This document shows positions 33,781 to 43,368 of a stretch of DNA of 60,706 nucleotides, piece by piece. Under the pieces are notes generated by a model. The model saw only the letters and a program-made list of their open reading frames with translations, ran no database searches and was not told the origin of the DNA. Source of the DNA: Bacillota bacterium (GTDB lineage: Bacteria > Bacillota > Limnochordia > Darwinibacteriales > Darwinibacteriaceae); NCBI GenBank assembly GCA_012837925.1, contig DUQE01000099.1, positions 1 to 60,706 on the forward strand, read 5' to 3'. How positions within the stretch are numbered: the first letter of the stretch is position 1; every line of letters begins with the position of its first letter. A program made the position numbers and the translations under genes.

Positions 33781-35838
33781 GTGGCAAAGGTGTTGTCGCT
33801 CCCTCTAGCATCAGATGAGAGCAGATTGAAAATCCACCAAGTGTTCATTAGTTGGGCCAACTCACCCCTGCTCTGGGGTTTGATTGGCTTCCTAGCGGGA
33901 AGGGCAGCTATCTTTGGTGAAATTTGGCCTTTTGGTTTGTCCTACGTAGCCGTAATTCGCAAGCTGAGACCGAAGCAGTTAGGGCTTCCGCTCCTAGGGG
34001 TTGCCTTAGGGATAACAAGTCAGATCGGTTGGCCGTTGGCGTTGCCGTACTACGGCGCTTTGGCTGTTCTACTAATTGCGCCGGGAACGGGTGAGAAGAA
34101 CGGGAGGATGTGGCTAATCGCTAGCGTTCTTACTATCAAGCTCGCCCTGCATTATCTCTTGCAGCCTGTTCCCATGGTCTTGATCGTGGCGGTAACCGAG
34201 TGTGTTTTTGCCGTGTTCGTATATCGATTGTTGTACCCCTTGCTTGAGCGTTACTTTGAAAGGCAGCTCGCTTGGGGCGAGTTGTATGCCTTCTTGCTGG
34301 CATTGACGCTCATTATTTCTATAGGATGGAGTTGGGGAGGGTTTTCGCCTCGCCTGTTCTTGGTCTGTGCCTTGATTGTCTTGGGTGCACGCCTTGGAGG
34401 GCTGGGCGTTTCTTGCATTCTAGGACCTGCTCTGGCGCTCTTGGTTTTGCTCCTTGGCGAGCCTGTAGAGATGGTACTCTTCATCGTTGTAGCAAGTCTG
34501 CTCACTGGCTTTTTGCACAATTTGAGTTGGGGCTACTACGCGGGTCCCTTGCTGGCGTTGGTTTTCACAGCAACGGGACCTGCAACGGTAGATACGCTGG
34601 CCTGGTTCTTAGTTGTTCTGGTAGCGGTTTACGTAGCCAGGCGCGTATCGCAGGAGCATTTGGATATTCTCAAACGGATCGTACCTGGAACGCCCGGCTT
34701 TGAAAAACAACAAAGGGGCTATGATGAACACCTCAAGAAGGTCTTCGATCAAAAGATCGACGGATACCTGACTGTCTTTGAAGAACTCGAGAAGAACCTC
34801 CTTGATAATGAAAATCCTCTTTTTCACAGGCAAATGCATGGCATGGCCGAGTTGCTGAAGACGATGAAGAAGTCGTTTGCTCCCGAGGCGGCCTTTACCA
34901 GAGAGTTAGAAGAGATTTTGCTGCGACGCTTTTCTGGAACAGATATATCACATATTACCGTTTTGCCTACTCTCGATGGATTTGAGATCTATGGAGCTCG
35001 CAAACAGCCTTGCGTTACAGGGTGCTTTTGTCGTGAAGTTGCCGAGTTTGCCACGGGTACAATTGCATCCCAACGCTATGGGGTGACCAGTAGTAACTGT
35101 CACCTCGATAAGAAATGTGGGTTTCGTATATGTCCGAGTCCTAAGTACAGGGTGGAAATTGGCAAAGCGAAAGTCGCCAGTCAAGGGGTGTCGGGAGACA
35201 ACCAGATCGCCTTTGAGATCGCCTCGAGTAAAGTGGCGATTGTCCTGAGTGACGGTATGGGTGTCGGTTTGAAAGCTCATACCGAGAGTAACGTGACGCT
35301 CCGTTTGCTCGAGCGCATGATTAAGGCAGGCTATGATCTGACGACGTCCGTATCGCTCATCAACCGCCTGTTGATGCTTCGCAACCAGGATGACATGTTT
35401 GTTACCATCGACCTCGTTGTCGTCGACCTTTTTTCTGGACAGCTTGAGTTCGTCAAGATTGGTGCCGCACCTAGTTTTATCAAGCGCGGACGTGAAGTCG
35501 AGATCGTTTACAATCACGCACTGCCAGTGGGGGTTTTGTCACAGGTTGATATTGAGTCTGATAGGAGAATGCTGCAGGAAGGAGAAGTCTTAGTCATGAC
35601 CACCGACGGTGTGTTGGACGCCCAGCGCAGTGTGGCACGTAAGGACGAGTGGATGTGCTGGAATCTGCGGCGTCTGAAGGAACACGATGATATGTCTGTC
35701 ATGGCCGAGGCCATCTTAGAAGACAGTCTGGATGTTGCGGATGGCCGCGTTGATGATGACATGATGGTGGTTGTGGCGCGACTTGTGCGCGCTGACTCGG
35801 AAGTTGAGAGTTATAGGAGGGTGCAATCAAGTGGCTAG
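33781..35838 (+). CDS. spoIIE: Stage II sporulation protein E (membrane PP2C phosphatase)
   Basis: About 10 N-terminal TM segments precede a C-terminal PP2C domain (SGDNQ...VLSDGMGVG...TTDGV..., DDDMMVVVARL). GTG 33781 has RBS GAAGGAG. ATG 33757 is an alternative start. Confidence 0.9.
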   Translation: MAKVLSLPLASDESRLKIHQVFISWANSPLLWGLIGFLAGRAAIFGEIWPFGLSYVAVIRKLRPKQLGLPLLGVALGITSQIGWPLALPYYGALAVLLIAPGTGEKNGRMWLIASVLTIKLALHYLLQPVPMVLIVAVTECVFAVFVYRLLYPLLERYFERQLAWGELYAFLLALTLIISIGWSWGGFSPRLFLVCALIVLGARLGGLGVSCILGPALALLVLLLGEPVEMVLFIVVASLLTGFLHNLSWGYYAGPLLALVFTATGPATVDTLAWFLVVLVAVYVARRVSQEHLDILKRIVPGTPGFEKQQRGYDEHLKKVFDQKIDGYLTVFEELEKNLLDNENPLFHRQMHGMAELLKTMKKSFAPEAAFTRELEEILLRRFSGTDISHITVLPTLDGFEIYGARKQPCVTGCFCREVAEFATGTIASQRYGVTSSNCHLDKKCGFRICPSPKYRVEIGKAKVASQGVSGDNQIAFEIASSKVAIVLSDGMGVGLKAHTESNVTLRLLERMIKAGYDLTTSVSLINRLLMLRNQDDMFVTIDLVVVDLFSGQLEFVKIGAAPSFIKRGREVEIVYNHALPVGVLSQVDIESDRRMLQEGEVLVMTTDGVLDAQRSVARKDEWMCWNLRRLKEHDDMSVMAEAILEDSLDVADGRVDDDMMVVVARLVRADSEVESYRRVQSSG

Positions 35839-37180
35839 TGACCTGTTTCCTGCCTTTGTTAGAAACCTGGAGATGTTATCAGTGAAGCCTCAAGATAGAA
35901 TTCTAGTTGCGGTGAGCGGTGGTCCGGATTCCATGGCCTTGCTGCATCTTTTTTGGCGCTTTAACAAGAGAAGAATCGGGGTTTTTCATCTGAACCATGG
36001 CTTTAGGGATACGGCGTCCAACGATGCGGCTTTTGTGGAAGAATACGCCGACAAGCTCGGTATTCCGGCTCAGATCGAATCCTATGATATCACAGGTTTT
36101 CTATCGTCCAGCGGTGAATCGAAGCAGCAAGGGGCAAGGAAAATCCGCTACCAGATGCTGAAAAACTTCGCGGATGCAGGGGGTTACCACCGCATTGCCC
36201 TAGGCCATCACGGCGACGATCAAGCTGAGACTGTCTTGATGCGGGTGTTGCGAGGTGCAGGCTTGCACGGACTTGGAGGAATCCCGCCTCAGCGCGGTCC
36301 TTTTATCCGTCCACTCTTGAGCGTATACAAAGAGGAAATTCTACAATACTGCCAGGACTTTGACGTTCCCTATGTGCTCGATGAGACCAACTTTGAACCC
36401 GTCTATCTACGTAACAAGATTCGTCAAGAACTGCTTCCTCTGTTATCGGAAGAGTACAATCCGGAGATTATGGCCCAGTTGGTGCAACTGGCTGACTTGG
36501 CAAGGGAAGACGAACTGGAACTCCAGAACAGAGCTGAGGAAGTCGCAGGAAAGAATCTCAAGTGGCGACGGGGGCAGGTGCTTTTTCCCCGTAGGGTGTT
36601 TGCTGGTCTCTCCATTGCCATGCAGCGCAGGGTACTTCGGTTGCTTCTCCAGGCCTATAGAGGCCATTTGCTCCAGATTGGTTTCAACCATATCGAGACC
36701 TGGCGGCACAAACTGTTGGAGAGTTCAAGTTTTCGGCTGTCGCTGCCTCAGGTTTGGGTAGCAGCCAATGCTGAGTACATCTTCGTTGGAGACTTTCTGG
36801 AGAAGGAGTGGTCACCCGCACAACTGGAACTTCCTGGTCAGATGCAAGCCGGTCACTATACAATCAGTGCAGAAATCCTGCCTGTGGAGAACGTAGAGAT
36901 GTGCGATGAGCACAGCGAGGATTTTGACCTCGATGTTCTGGCGTTACCGCTTTGGGTACGTCCTCGTCAAGATGGGGACCGCATGACGCTCTTTGGAAAC
37001 GCGGGCTCCAAGAAGGTGAAGGATCTCTTAATTGATATGCATATACCCGTAGAACAGCGAGATTCATTGCCAATAGTCTGCGATCAGGAGGACATTTTGT
37101 GGATCCCAACAGTACGCAGAAGCTCGAAAGGAGCTGTTTCGAACTCGACGAAGCAGGTCCTTCGCTTAAGCCTCAAATAA
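35831..37180 (+). CDS. tilS: tRNA(Ile)-lysidine synthase
   Basis: PP-loop is VAVSGGPDSMALL. The synteny is spoIIE-tilS-ftsH. GTG 35831 overlaps the spoIIE stop. Confidence 0.9.
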   Translation: MASDLFPAFVRNLEMLSVKPQDRILVAVSGGPDSMALLHLFWRFNKRRIGVFHLNHGFRDTASNDAAFVEEYADKLGIPAQIESYDITGFLSSSGESKQQGARKIRYQMLKNFADAGGYHRIALGHHGDDQAETVLMRVLRGAGLHGLGGIPPQRGPFIRPLLSVYKEEILQYCQDFDVPYVLDETNFEPVYLRNKIRQELLPLLSEEYNPEIMAQLVQLADLAREDELELQNRAEEVAGKNLKWRRGQVLFPRRVFAGLSIAMQRRVLRLLLQAYRGHLLQIGFNHIETWRHKLLESSSFRLSLPQVWVAANAEYIFVGDFLEKEWSPAQLELPGQMQAGHYTISAEILPVENVEMCDEHSEDFDLDVLALPLWVRPRQDGDRMTLFGNAGSKKVKDLLIDMHIPVEQRDSLPIVCDQEDILWIPTVRRSSKGAVSNSTKQVLRLSLK

Positions 37181-37193
37181 AGGTGCCGGAATA

Positions 37194-37222
37194 TTGTCAC
37201 GCCCATACCCTTATGTTATAAT
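37194..37222 (+). promoter_or_regulatory. ftsH promoter (extended -10)
   Basis: TTGTCA, a 17-nt spacer and TGtTATAAT. Confidence 0.65.
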
Positions 37223-37277
37223 TGATTGACGTATCGCTATTTCCCGTGCTCTTGGCTCTGGAAAGGGAGGGCAAAAT

Positions 37278-39224
37278 TTGAATAAATTTCTTCGTGGAAT
37301 CAGTTTGTATTTGCTGATTGCCATCATTGCAGTGTCTATTGTAAGTAATCTTTATTCGCCTGTTTCACCGGCAAAAGAGCTGTATTACTCAGAACTGCTG
37401 CAGTTCATTGAAGACGATAAAGTGGCCTCTGTAAAACTTGTAGGAGATCAGCATGTTGAAGGTCGGCTCCGGGATGGGACGAACTTTTCCGCCCTTGTAC
37501 CCATGGGCAAGATGTCTGACATAGCCGATCGCCTTGAAGCTAGAAATGTCCAGTTGGAAGCAGAACTGCCTCCGCAGACTCCATGGTGGATGGCTTTGCT
37601 TCCAAATGTCGTTTTCATTGTTGTGCTTGCCTTGTTCTGGCTGTTTATTATGAACCAGATGCAGGGCGGCAATAACCGTGCCATGTCGTTTGGCAAGAGT
37701 AAAGCTCGTTTACATCACGAAGACAAACGCAAGGTCACCTTTGACCATGTGGCCGGCGTGGATGAGGCTAAACAGGAACTCGTAGAAATCGTGGAGTTTT
37801 TGAAGCATCCCAAGAAGTTTAATGATGTGGGAGCGAAGATTCCCAAGGGTGTCCTCTTAGTAGGACCTCCAGGAACAGGTAAGACCTTGTTGGCTCGAGC
37901 TGTTGCAGGTGAAGCGGGAGTACCGTTTTTCAGCATCAGTGGTTCGGAGTTTGTAGAGATGTTTGTGGGCGTTGGTGCTTCTAGGGTACGGGACCTATTT
38001 GAAAATGCCAAAAAGAATGCGCCTTGCCTGATTTTCATTGATGAACTAGATGCAGTAGGTCGCCAGCGTGGCGCCGGTTTGGGCGGCGGGCACGATGAGC
38101 GGGAGCAAACTCTGAATCAGTTACTGGTTGAGATGGATGGCTTTGAGACCAACTCAGGAATCATCATTATGGCAGCCACCAACAGAGCAGACGTTTTAGA
38201 CCCGGCGCTTTTGAGACCTGGACGTTTTGACCGCAAAGTGGTTGTGGACCGTCCTGACTTGCAGGGACGAACGGAGATTCTGAAGATCCACAGCCGTAAC
38301 AAGCCTTTGCAGCCCGAAGTTGACCTTAAGGTAATTGCTCGACGAACACCAGGATTCTCCGGGGCTGACCTCGAGAACGTACTGAACGAATCGGCGATTT
38401 TGGCTGCCAGAGCTAACCGCAAGGTGATTACCATGGCCGACGCTGAAGAGGCTATCGACAGAGTCCTGATGGGACCTGAGAAGAAGAATCGCAGACTCCA
38501 TGAGATTGATCGCAAAGTGTTTGCTTATCATGAAGCCGGTCACGCCGTGGTAGCGCACTTCTCGAAACATGGCGATCCAGTCCACAAGGTTACCATTGTG
38601 GGTAGGGGTGGAGCCGGAGGATATACTATGATGTTGCCAGAAGAGGAGCGCTTTGTGGCCAGTCGTTCGAAACTCATGGATGAACTGGTGAATCTCCTCG
38701 GAGGGCGAGCCGCTGAGGAACTGGCTCTTGACGAGATTAGTACCGGAGCCTCCAATGACTTGGAGCGGGTAACCCGCATTGCCAGGAAAATGGTGATGGA
38801 ATGGGGTATGAGCCCCCGACTCGGACCTTTGACCTTCGGGCGCCCCAATGGTGAAGATCTCGTGTTCTTAGGGCGAGACATTTCAAGAGAGCGCAACTAC
38901 AGCGAAGGTGTAGCGGAGATTATTGATGAAGAAGTCCACAAACTCGTAGAATCGAGTTATCAAGCCGCCACCAAGTTGCTCACAGAACATCGTGCGAAGC
39001 TCGATGCAGTGGCAGAAGCGCTCTTGGATAGAGAAACGCTCAGTAGGGAAGAGTTCCTGAGCTTGATGGAAGGTGAGGAGCTTACCGCACCCGACGTCGA
39101 GCCTGGCGTGGAAGAACAAGCGATCACCGAAACGCATGAAGATGTGTCGACTGACGCATTAACGGAGACCACCAGAGGCCACAGCGAGAAGCTAAGGCCC
39201 GCTGGATCGGAAACCACCCTATAA
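37278..39224 (+). CDS. ftsH: ATP-dependent zinc metalloprotease FtsH
   Basis: It has two TM segments, Walker A GPPGTGKT, Walker B IIFIDELD-like (LIFIDELD), SRH, and the zinc motif HEAGHA. Confidence 0.95.
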   Translation: MNKFLRGISLYLLIAIIAVSIVSNLYSPVSPAKELYYSELLQFIEDDKVASVKLVGDQHVEGRLRDGTNFSALVPMGKMSDIADRLEARNVQLEAELPPQTPWWMALLPNVVFIVVLALFWLFIMNQMQGGNNRAMSFGKSKARLHHEDKRKVTFDHVAGVDEAKQELVEIVEFLKHPKKFNDVGAKIPKGVLLVGPPGTGKTLLARAVAGEAGVPFFSISGSEFVEMFVGVGASRVRDLFENAKKNAPCLIFIDELDAVGRQRGAGLGGGHDEREQTLNQLLVEMDGFETNSGIIIMAATNRADVLDPALLRPGRFDRKVVVDRPDLQGRTEILKIHSRNKPLQPEVDLKVIARRTPGFSGADLENVLNESAILAARANRKVITMADAEEAIDRVLMGPEKKNRRLHEIDRKVFAYHEAGHAVVAHFSKHGDPVHKVTIVGRGGAGGYTMMLPEEERFVASRSKLMDELVNLLGGRAAEELALDEISTGASNDLERVTRIARKMVMEWGMSPRLGPLTFGRPNGEDLVFLGRDISRERNYSEGVAEIIDEEVHKLVESSYQAATKLLTEHRAKLDAVAEALLDRETLSREEFLSLMEGEELTAPDVEPGVEEQAITETHEDVSTDALTETTRGHSEKLRPAGSETTL

Positions 39225-39240
39225 GAAACGGTCACAAAAA

Positions 39241-39274
39241 AACAACCCTTCAGCCTGAAGGGTTGTTCTCTTTT
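39241..39274. terminator. Bidirectional terminator between ftsH and htrA
   Basis: 12-bp stem AACAACCCTTCA / TGAAGGGTTGTT is flanked by an A-run and CTCTTTT. Confidence 0.8.
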
Positions 39275-39280
39275 AAGGGA

Positions 39281-40510
39281 CTATCTGAGATGGGCCGGCT
39301 TGTCACCGAGGGTGAGTGGAATGAGGCGCATTTCTCCTTGACGCCAGATGGTGAGCATGATCTCATCACCTGTGGAGTGCTTGGCGATTTCCTCAGCCAC
39401 ATCATCCGTGGAATAGACATCTCTCTCTCCGATTCGTCTGAGGACGTCCCAGGCCTGGAGTCCTGCCTCTTCGGCTGGCGACCCTTGAATCACGTCGAGG
39501 ATGAGAACACCTTTTTTGTCGGGCAAGCGTAACTGACTCGCTGTCTGCTCCGAGAGGTTCTGATGGTAGACACCGATCCAGGGTTGGCTGACTCCGCCTG
39601 TGGTGATCAACTCTTCGAGGACATCCTTGGCTACATTGATCGGTATGGCAAACCCGATACCTTGGCCGCTGGAATGGACGGCGGTGTTAATTCCAATGAC
39701 CTCTCCTGCCATATTGAGCAGGGGTCCGCCCGAGTTGCCGCTGTTGATGGCTGCATCGGTTTGCATTAGGTTCTTGTAGGTCTGGGGTCTTCCGGTTTCC
39801 TGGCTCATGATGTTAATCTCGCGACCCTTAGCACTGAGTACACCGACGGTTACCGTGTGATGCAATGCCTCTCCATAGGGGTTACCGATGGCAATTGTCC
39901 ACTCGCCGATCCTGGACTGATCCGAATCACCGAGCGGTACTGTGGGGAAGACATGATTATCTTCATTTATGATGCGCAGAACCGCTAGGTCTAGCGAAAA
40001 GTCCGATCCGATGATTTCGGCCTGGTACTCTTTTTCTAGCCCTGGTACGTCAACGACGACAGTGATGGTTTGACCATCTCCCTTGTTACCAACCACGTGC
40101 TGATTGGTGAGGATAATTCCAGATTCATCAATGATGAAGCCAGAACCCGCACTACGTTGCTGCACTGGCTGGCGATTCGTGAAGGGATCATTGAACCAGG
40201 AGTCGAAAAAGAAGTTAAACATCGGATCCCGGATGATGGATCTCGAGTCTTGGGTCTGTTCGGGCATCGGCCACACCACGGATAGGAAGACCGTGGCCGG
40301 GCTGGCCACTTCGGCAATGTCGGCGATGATGTAGGGGTTCCCCGTGATCAGCGGAGCAGCAGCCGTGTTCGCCACAATTTCTATAGGTTCTTGAGGAGCC
40401 TCTTCTGCGATCAAGGTTGCTGCAGGTAACAGGTGGGCTATTGCCCCACTGAAAGCCAACAAAACTCCGACAATCAGCATGACAACAACAATACGTTTTC
40501 TGTTTTGCAT
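39281..40510 (-). CDS. htrA: HtrA/DegP-family serine protease with PDZ domain
   Basis: It has an N-terminal TM, a catalytic triad context (TNQHV, D, GNSGGPL) and a C-terminal PDZ domain. Confidence 0.9.
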   Translation of the reverse strand: MQNRKRIVVVMLIVGVLLAFSGAIAHLLPAATLIAEEAPQEPIEIVANTAAAPLITGNPYIIADIAEVASPATVFLSVVWPMPEQTQDSRSIIRDPMFNFFFDSWFNDPFTNRQPVQQRSAGSGFIIDESGIILTNQHVVGNKGDGQTITVVVDVPGLEKEYQAEIIGSDFSLDLAVLRIINEDNHVFPTVPLGDSDQSRIGEWTIAIGNPYGEALHHTVTVGVLSAKGREINIMSQETGRPQTYKNLMQTDAAINSGNSGGPLLNMAGEVIGINTAVHSSGQGIGFAIPINVAKDVLEELITTGGVSQPWIGVYHQNLSEQTASQLRLPDKKGVLILDVIQGSPAEEAGLQAWDVLRRIGERDVYSTDDVAEEIAKHSTGDEIMLTIWRQGEMRLIPLTLGDKPAHLR

Positions 40511-40592
40511 AATAATCCTCCTCGCATTTTTTTGTGTTTCTAAATACTTGCATTATAACTTATCTTTGTGCACTAGGCAAGGGAGTGAGGGT

Positions 40593-41342
40593 ATGAGCGG
40601 CCCTGTAAAGTCTGTCCAATGGGGGAAGGAAATAGTCAGGAGCATTGAGATATATCCCATCCTAGGCTCAACTAATCATTTCGCAAGGCCTTTTATAAAA
40701 AGTGGGGGTGCATCCGGTACAGTTCTGTGGGCTCTGGATCAAACAGACGGAGTAGGGCGCTTAGGACGCAGTTGGGACGCGGACGCATCGTCCCTCACCT
40801 TTAGCTTAGTATGGAGATCTCCCAATAAGATGATTCCCCAAAACCTGACTCTAGCTGTAGGCCTAGGGTTGGTACAGAGCTTAGAAGCGATTCTTCCGAC
40901 AGTCAAAATCAAATGGCCCAATGATCTGTGGATCGGTGAACAGAAACTGGGAGGTATTTTAACAGATACCATGCGTGACCAGGGCCAACTCTGGGTCATT
41001 TTAGGTGTTGGCTTAAATATTAATGCTACACCGCCCCAGGGCGATAGAAGCCCGCGAATCTCGCTACAAGAAGCCACGGGTTGTTCTTGGTCGAGACTTG
41101 GCATTTTAGATTTGGCTCTCAGCGGGGTAGAGCGGGGGTTTGCCTTAGCCCAAAGCCGCGCTGATCTGGGAAATCTGTTTCGCAAACACGGCAACTTCTT
41201 GGACCGCGAAATCACCGTTGTTCATGGTGGCCAGTCTTTTCACGCCCTGGCGAGAGACGTTCTTCCCGATGGAAGGCTTCTAATAGAAGACGCCTGCGGT
41301 GTGCGGGCGCTCTTACCAGAAGAAATTTCTGTACGTTTCTGA
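40593..41342 (+). CDS. birA: Biotin--[acetyl-CoA-carboxylase] ligase, class I (no N-terminal HTH)
   Basis: Motifs are GRLGRSW and KWPNDL...KLGGIL. I set the start to ATG 40593 with RBS GGGAGTGAGGG. Confidence 0.85.
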   Translation: MSGPVKSVQWGKEIVRSIEIYPILGSTNHFARPFIKSGGASGTVLWALDQTDGVGRLGRSWDADASSLTFSLVWRSPNKMIPQNLTLAVGLGLVQSLEAILPTVKIKWPNDLWIGEQKLGGILTDTMRDQGQLWVILGVGLNINATPPQGDRSPRISLQEATGCSWSRLGILDLALSGVERGFALAQSRADLGNLFRKHGNFLDREITVVHGGQSFHALARDVLPDGRLLIEDACGVRALLPEEISVRF

Positions 41343-41370
41343 TTGCTATTAGCAGGAAGTATGGTACAAT
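41343..41370 (+). promoter_or_regulatory. selC promoter
   Basis: TTGCTA, a 16-nt spacer and TGgTACAAT (extended -10). It ends 10 nt before the tRNA 5' end. Confidence 0.6.
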
Positions 41371-41380
41371 AAACAGGCGA

Positions 41381-41480
41381 GGGAGGATCTGAGTTCCTGG
41401 TGGGCTCCGCAGGCTTCAAACCTGTCAGGGGGGTAACAAGGGTTATCCTCGGTGGGTTCGATTCCCATATTCTCCCGCCA
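41381..41480 (+). tRNA. selC: tRNA-Sec (anticodon UCA), 100 nt, CCA encoded
   Basis: It has an 8-bp acceptor (GGGAGGAT/ATTCTCCC), a 6-bp D-stem, anticodon loop CT-TCA-AA, a long variable arm and T-arm GGTTCGATTCC. It is adjacent to selB and selA. Confidence 0.88.
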
Positions 41481-41481
41481 A

Positions 41482-43368
41482 CTAGCCCTTTTCGGGACGT
41501 TTGCCAAGTGAGCGAACGTCCCCTTTTCTTTTTGTAATCCCTTGGGCATCAAAGTATTCCAAGAAGACGAGGGCAAACTTGCGGCTGGTGCCAAGCCTAT
41601 CGCGAAAGACGCTGAGCTCAAAACCATCTTGAAAGGCCTCTTCCTGGAATAGGATATCCAGAAGACCTTGCACGATTTCCGGGGTTGTCCAATGCTCGCT
41701 GGGCAGTGCAACCAAGAGGCCTAAGTGACTGCCCGCAAAGAGGAGTTCGCTAGAGAAGCCCATCTCAGCTAAGGCGCCTAAAGTCAATGGTTCATAGGGA
41801 CTCTTCTCTATGATGGCTCGGGCCTCTTGTAGTTTCTGTTCTTCCTGATCAGACAGGGTAACTTGGTGTTTCGAACTGCTAATGGCTCCACGTACTTCCT
41901 TTAGATCGGCTGTTTGACCAAGGATCTGGTCAAAGAGTCTCGAGGGCAGACCCGTACCTGTTCGCAGCGTTTCCTTGCTGGGCCCGAGTGCCAGAGGATT
42001 GGCCTTGTGGAACTGTTCCACTGTTGTTCTTAAGTACTGTTGCACCTTGTCATACTGCTCTGGCGCTAAAATATAATCCCCGAGGACATGCAAATCGGGA
42101 TGTAGAGCTAACTGCAACTCTTGAAACTGACTCTTCGTCCAATATGTGCGATCCCGCGCTTTGAGCAGACTCAGAGTCTTAAGATCGCTTCTGTACTTCG
42201 CCTGGAGTGCTTCCACATCAAGGTGTGCCTCGGGTTTTTCAAAGGGGAAGAGGTGACGAAGGCGCTTAGGACCAACCAGACGCAAGTTATGGCCGCGGAC
42301 TGGGACCCCTTCTTCGATAAACTGACCGCCCCCGAGTGTATCTTGGAGCTCACTGTGACGGAGGATAAAGCGATCCTTGAAGCTGAAATGAGCGGGGTGC
42401 TCTAACTCCAGCTGAACAAAACCTTCCTGTCCGGGCTCGAGCTGATCGCTACCCAAGACCTTAACCATGGCCAGCGTTTCTAATGTACCAACATAAAGCT
42501 TGATCTGTTGACCTGTTTCCAGGGCAGACGAGGCCTGAGGGAGTACGCGTACAAATGCGTTGATTAACGAAACATAAGGGCGACGTTTGGGAAGTGCCAA
42601 GTACATCCCCCTGGACAGACTGGCCTTTTCGACGCCTGTCAGATTAACGGCCAGGCGAGAATGGGCAACACCCGTCTCCACCGGCTTGGTCTGGGTTTGC
42701 AGGGTACGAATTCGGGCTTCAAGACCTGCAGGTTCGATTACGACGTCCATCCCTACATGCAAAGAACCATCCATAAGTGTTCCGGTGACAACAGTTCCAG
42801 CGCCCTTAATTGTAAACACGCGGTCGATCCAGAGGATGGGATTGTCGTCTTCACTCGTCTCGGGAGCAGAAACCAAAAGGGCGTTGATGGCTTCTTTGAG
42901 AACATCCATATTATAGCCTGAGACGGCTGAAACCGGGATGATGGGAAAGCCTTTGAGGCTGGTCTCACTTAAGTGCTCACGCACATCGGCCTCGACGAGT
43001 TCCAACCATTCAGGGTCGACCAAATCGGCCTTCGTTAGGGCGACCACACCACGCTTGACTCCGTAGAGATCCAGAATTTCCGTGTGCTCCTGTGTTTGAG
43101 GCATCCAGCCATCATCTGCGGCCACAACCAACAGGACGAAGTCCACCTGTCCTACGCCTGCCAGCATGTTCTTCACCAAACGATGGTGACCAGGCACATC
43201 AACTACGCCTACGTTTCCCTGGGGAAGAGAGAACCAGGCGAAGCCTAGATCAACGGTCATACCCCGGCTTTGCTCTTCTTGGAGACGGTCGGGGTTGATG
43301 CCCGTTAAGGCCGTAATGAGGGTTGTCTTGCCATGGTCAATGTGACCGGCCGTACCCATTATGAACAT
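41482..43368 (-). CDS. selB: Selenocysteine-specific translation elongation factor
   Basis: The GTPase N-terminus shows GTAGHIDHGKTTL, DVPGH and TKAD. A long C-terminal winged-helix region follows. It overlaps the selA stop. Confidence 0.92.
   Translation of the reverse strand: MFIMGTAGHIDHGKTTLITALTGINPDRLQEEQSRGMTVDLGFAWFSLPQGNVGVVDVPGHHRLVKNMLAGVGQVDFVLLVVAADDGWMPQTQEHTEILDLYGVKRGVVALTKADLVDPEWLELVEADVREHLSETSLKGFPIIPVSAVSGYNMDVLKEAINALLVSAPETSEDDNPILWIDRVFTIKGAGTVVTGTLMDGSLHVGMDVVIEPAGLEARIRTLQTQTKPVETGVAHSRLAVNLTGVEKASLSRGMYLALPKRRPYVSLINAFVRVLPQASSALETGQQIKLYVGTLETLAMVKVLGSDQLEPGQEGFVQLELEHPAHFSFKDRFILRHSELQDTLGGGQFIEEGVPVRGHNLRLVGPKRLRHLFPFEKPEAHLDVEALQAKYRSDLKTLSLLKARDRTYWTKSQFQELQLALHPDLHVLGDYILAPEQYDKVQQYLRTTVEQFHKANPLALGPSKETLRTGTGLPSRLFDQILGQTADLKEVRGAISSSKHQVTLSDQEEQKLQEARAIIEKSPYEPLTLGALAEMGFSSELLFAGSHLGLLVALPSEHWTTPEIVQGLLDILFQEEAFQDGFELSVFRDRLGTSRKFALVFLEYFDAQGITKRKGDVRSLGKRPEKG

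Noticed and set aside
33442-33811. ORFs 33442..33690 (+), 33590..33811 (-) and 33651..33860 (-).
   Set aside because: They span the tRNA-Met gene, its promoter and its terminator. None has a credible RBS.
41349-41711. 120-aa minus-strand ORF.
   Set aside because: It overlaps tRNA-Sec and the 3' end of selB in another frame. It is spurious.
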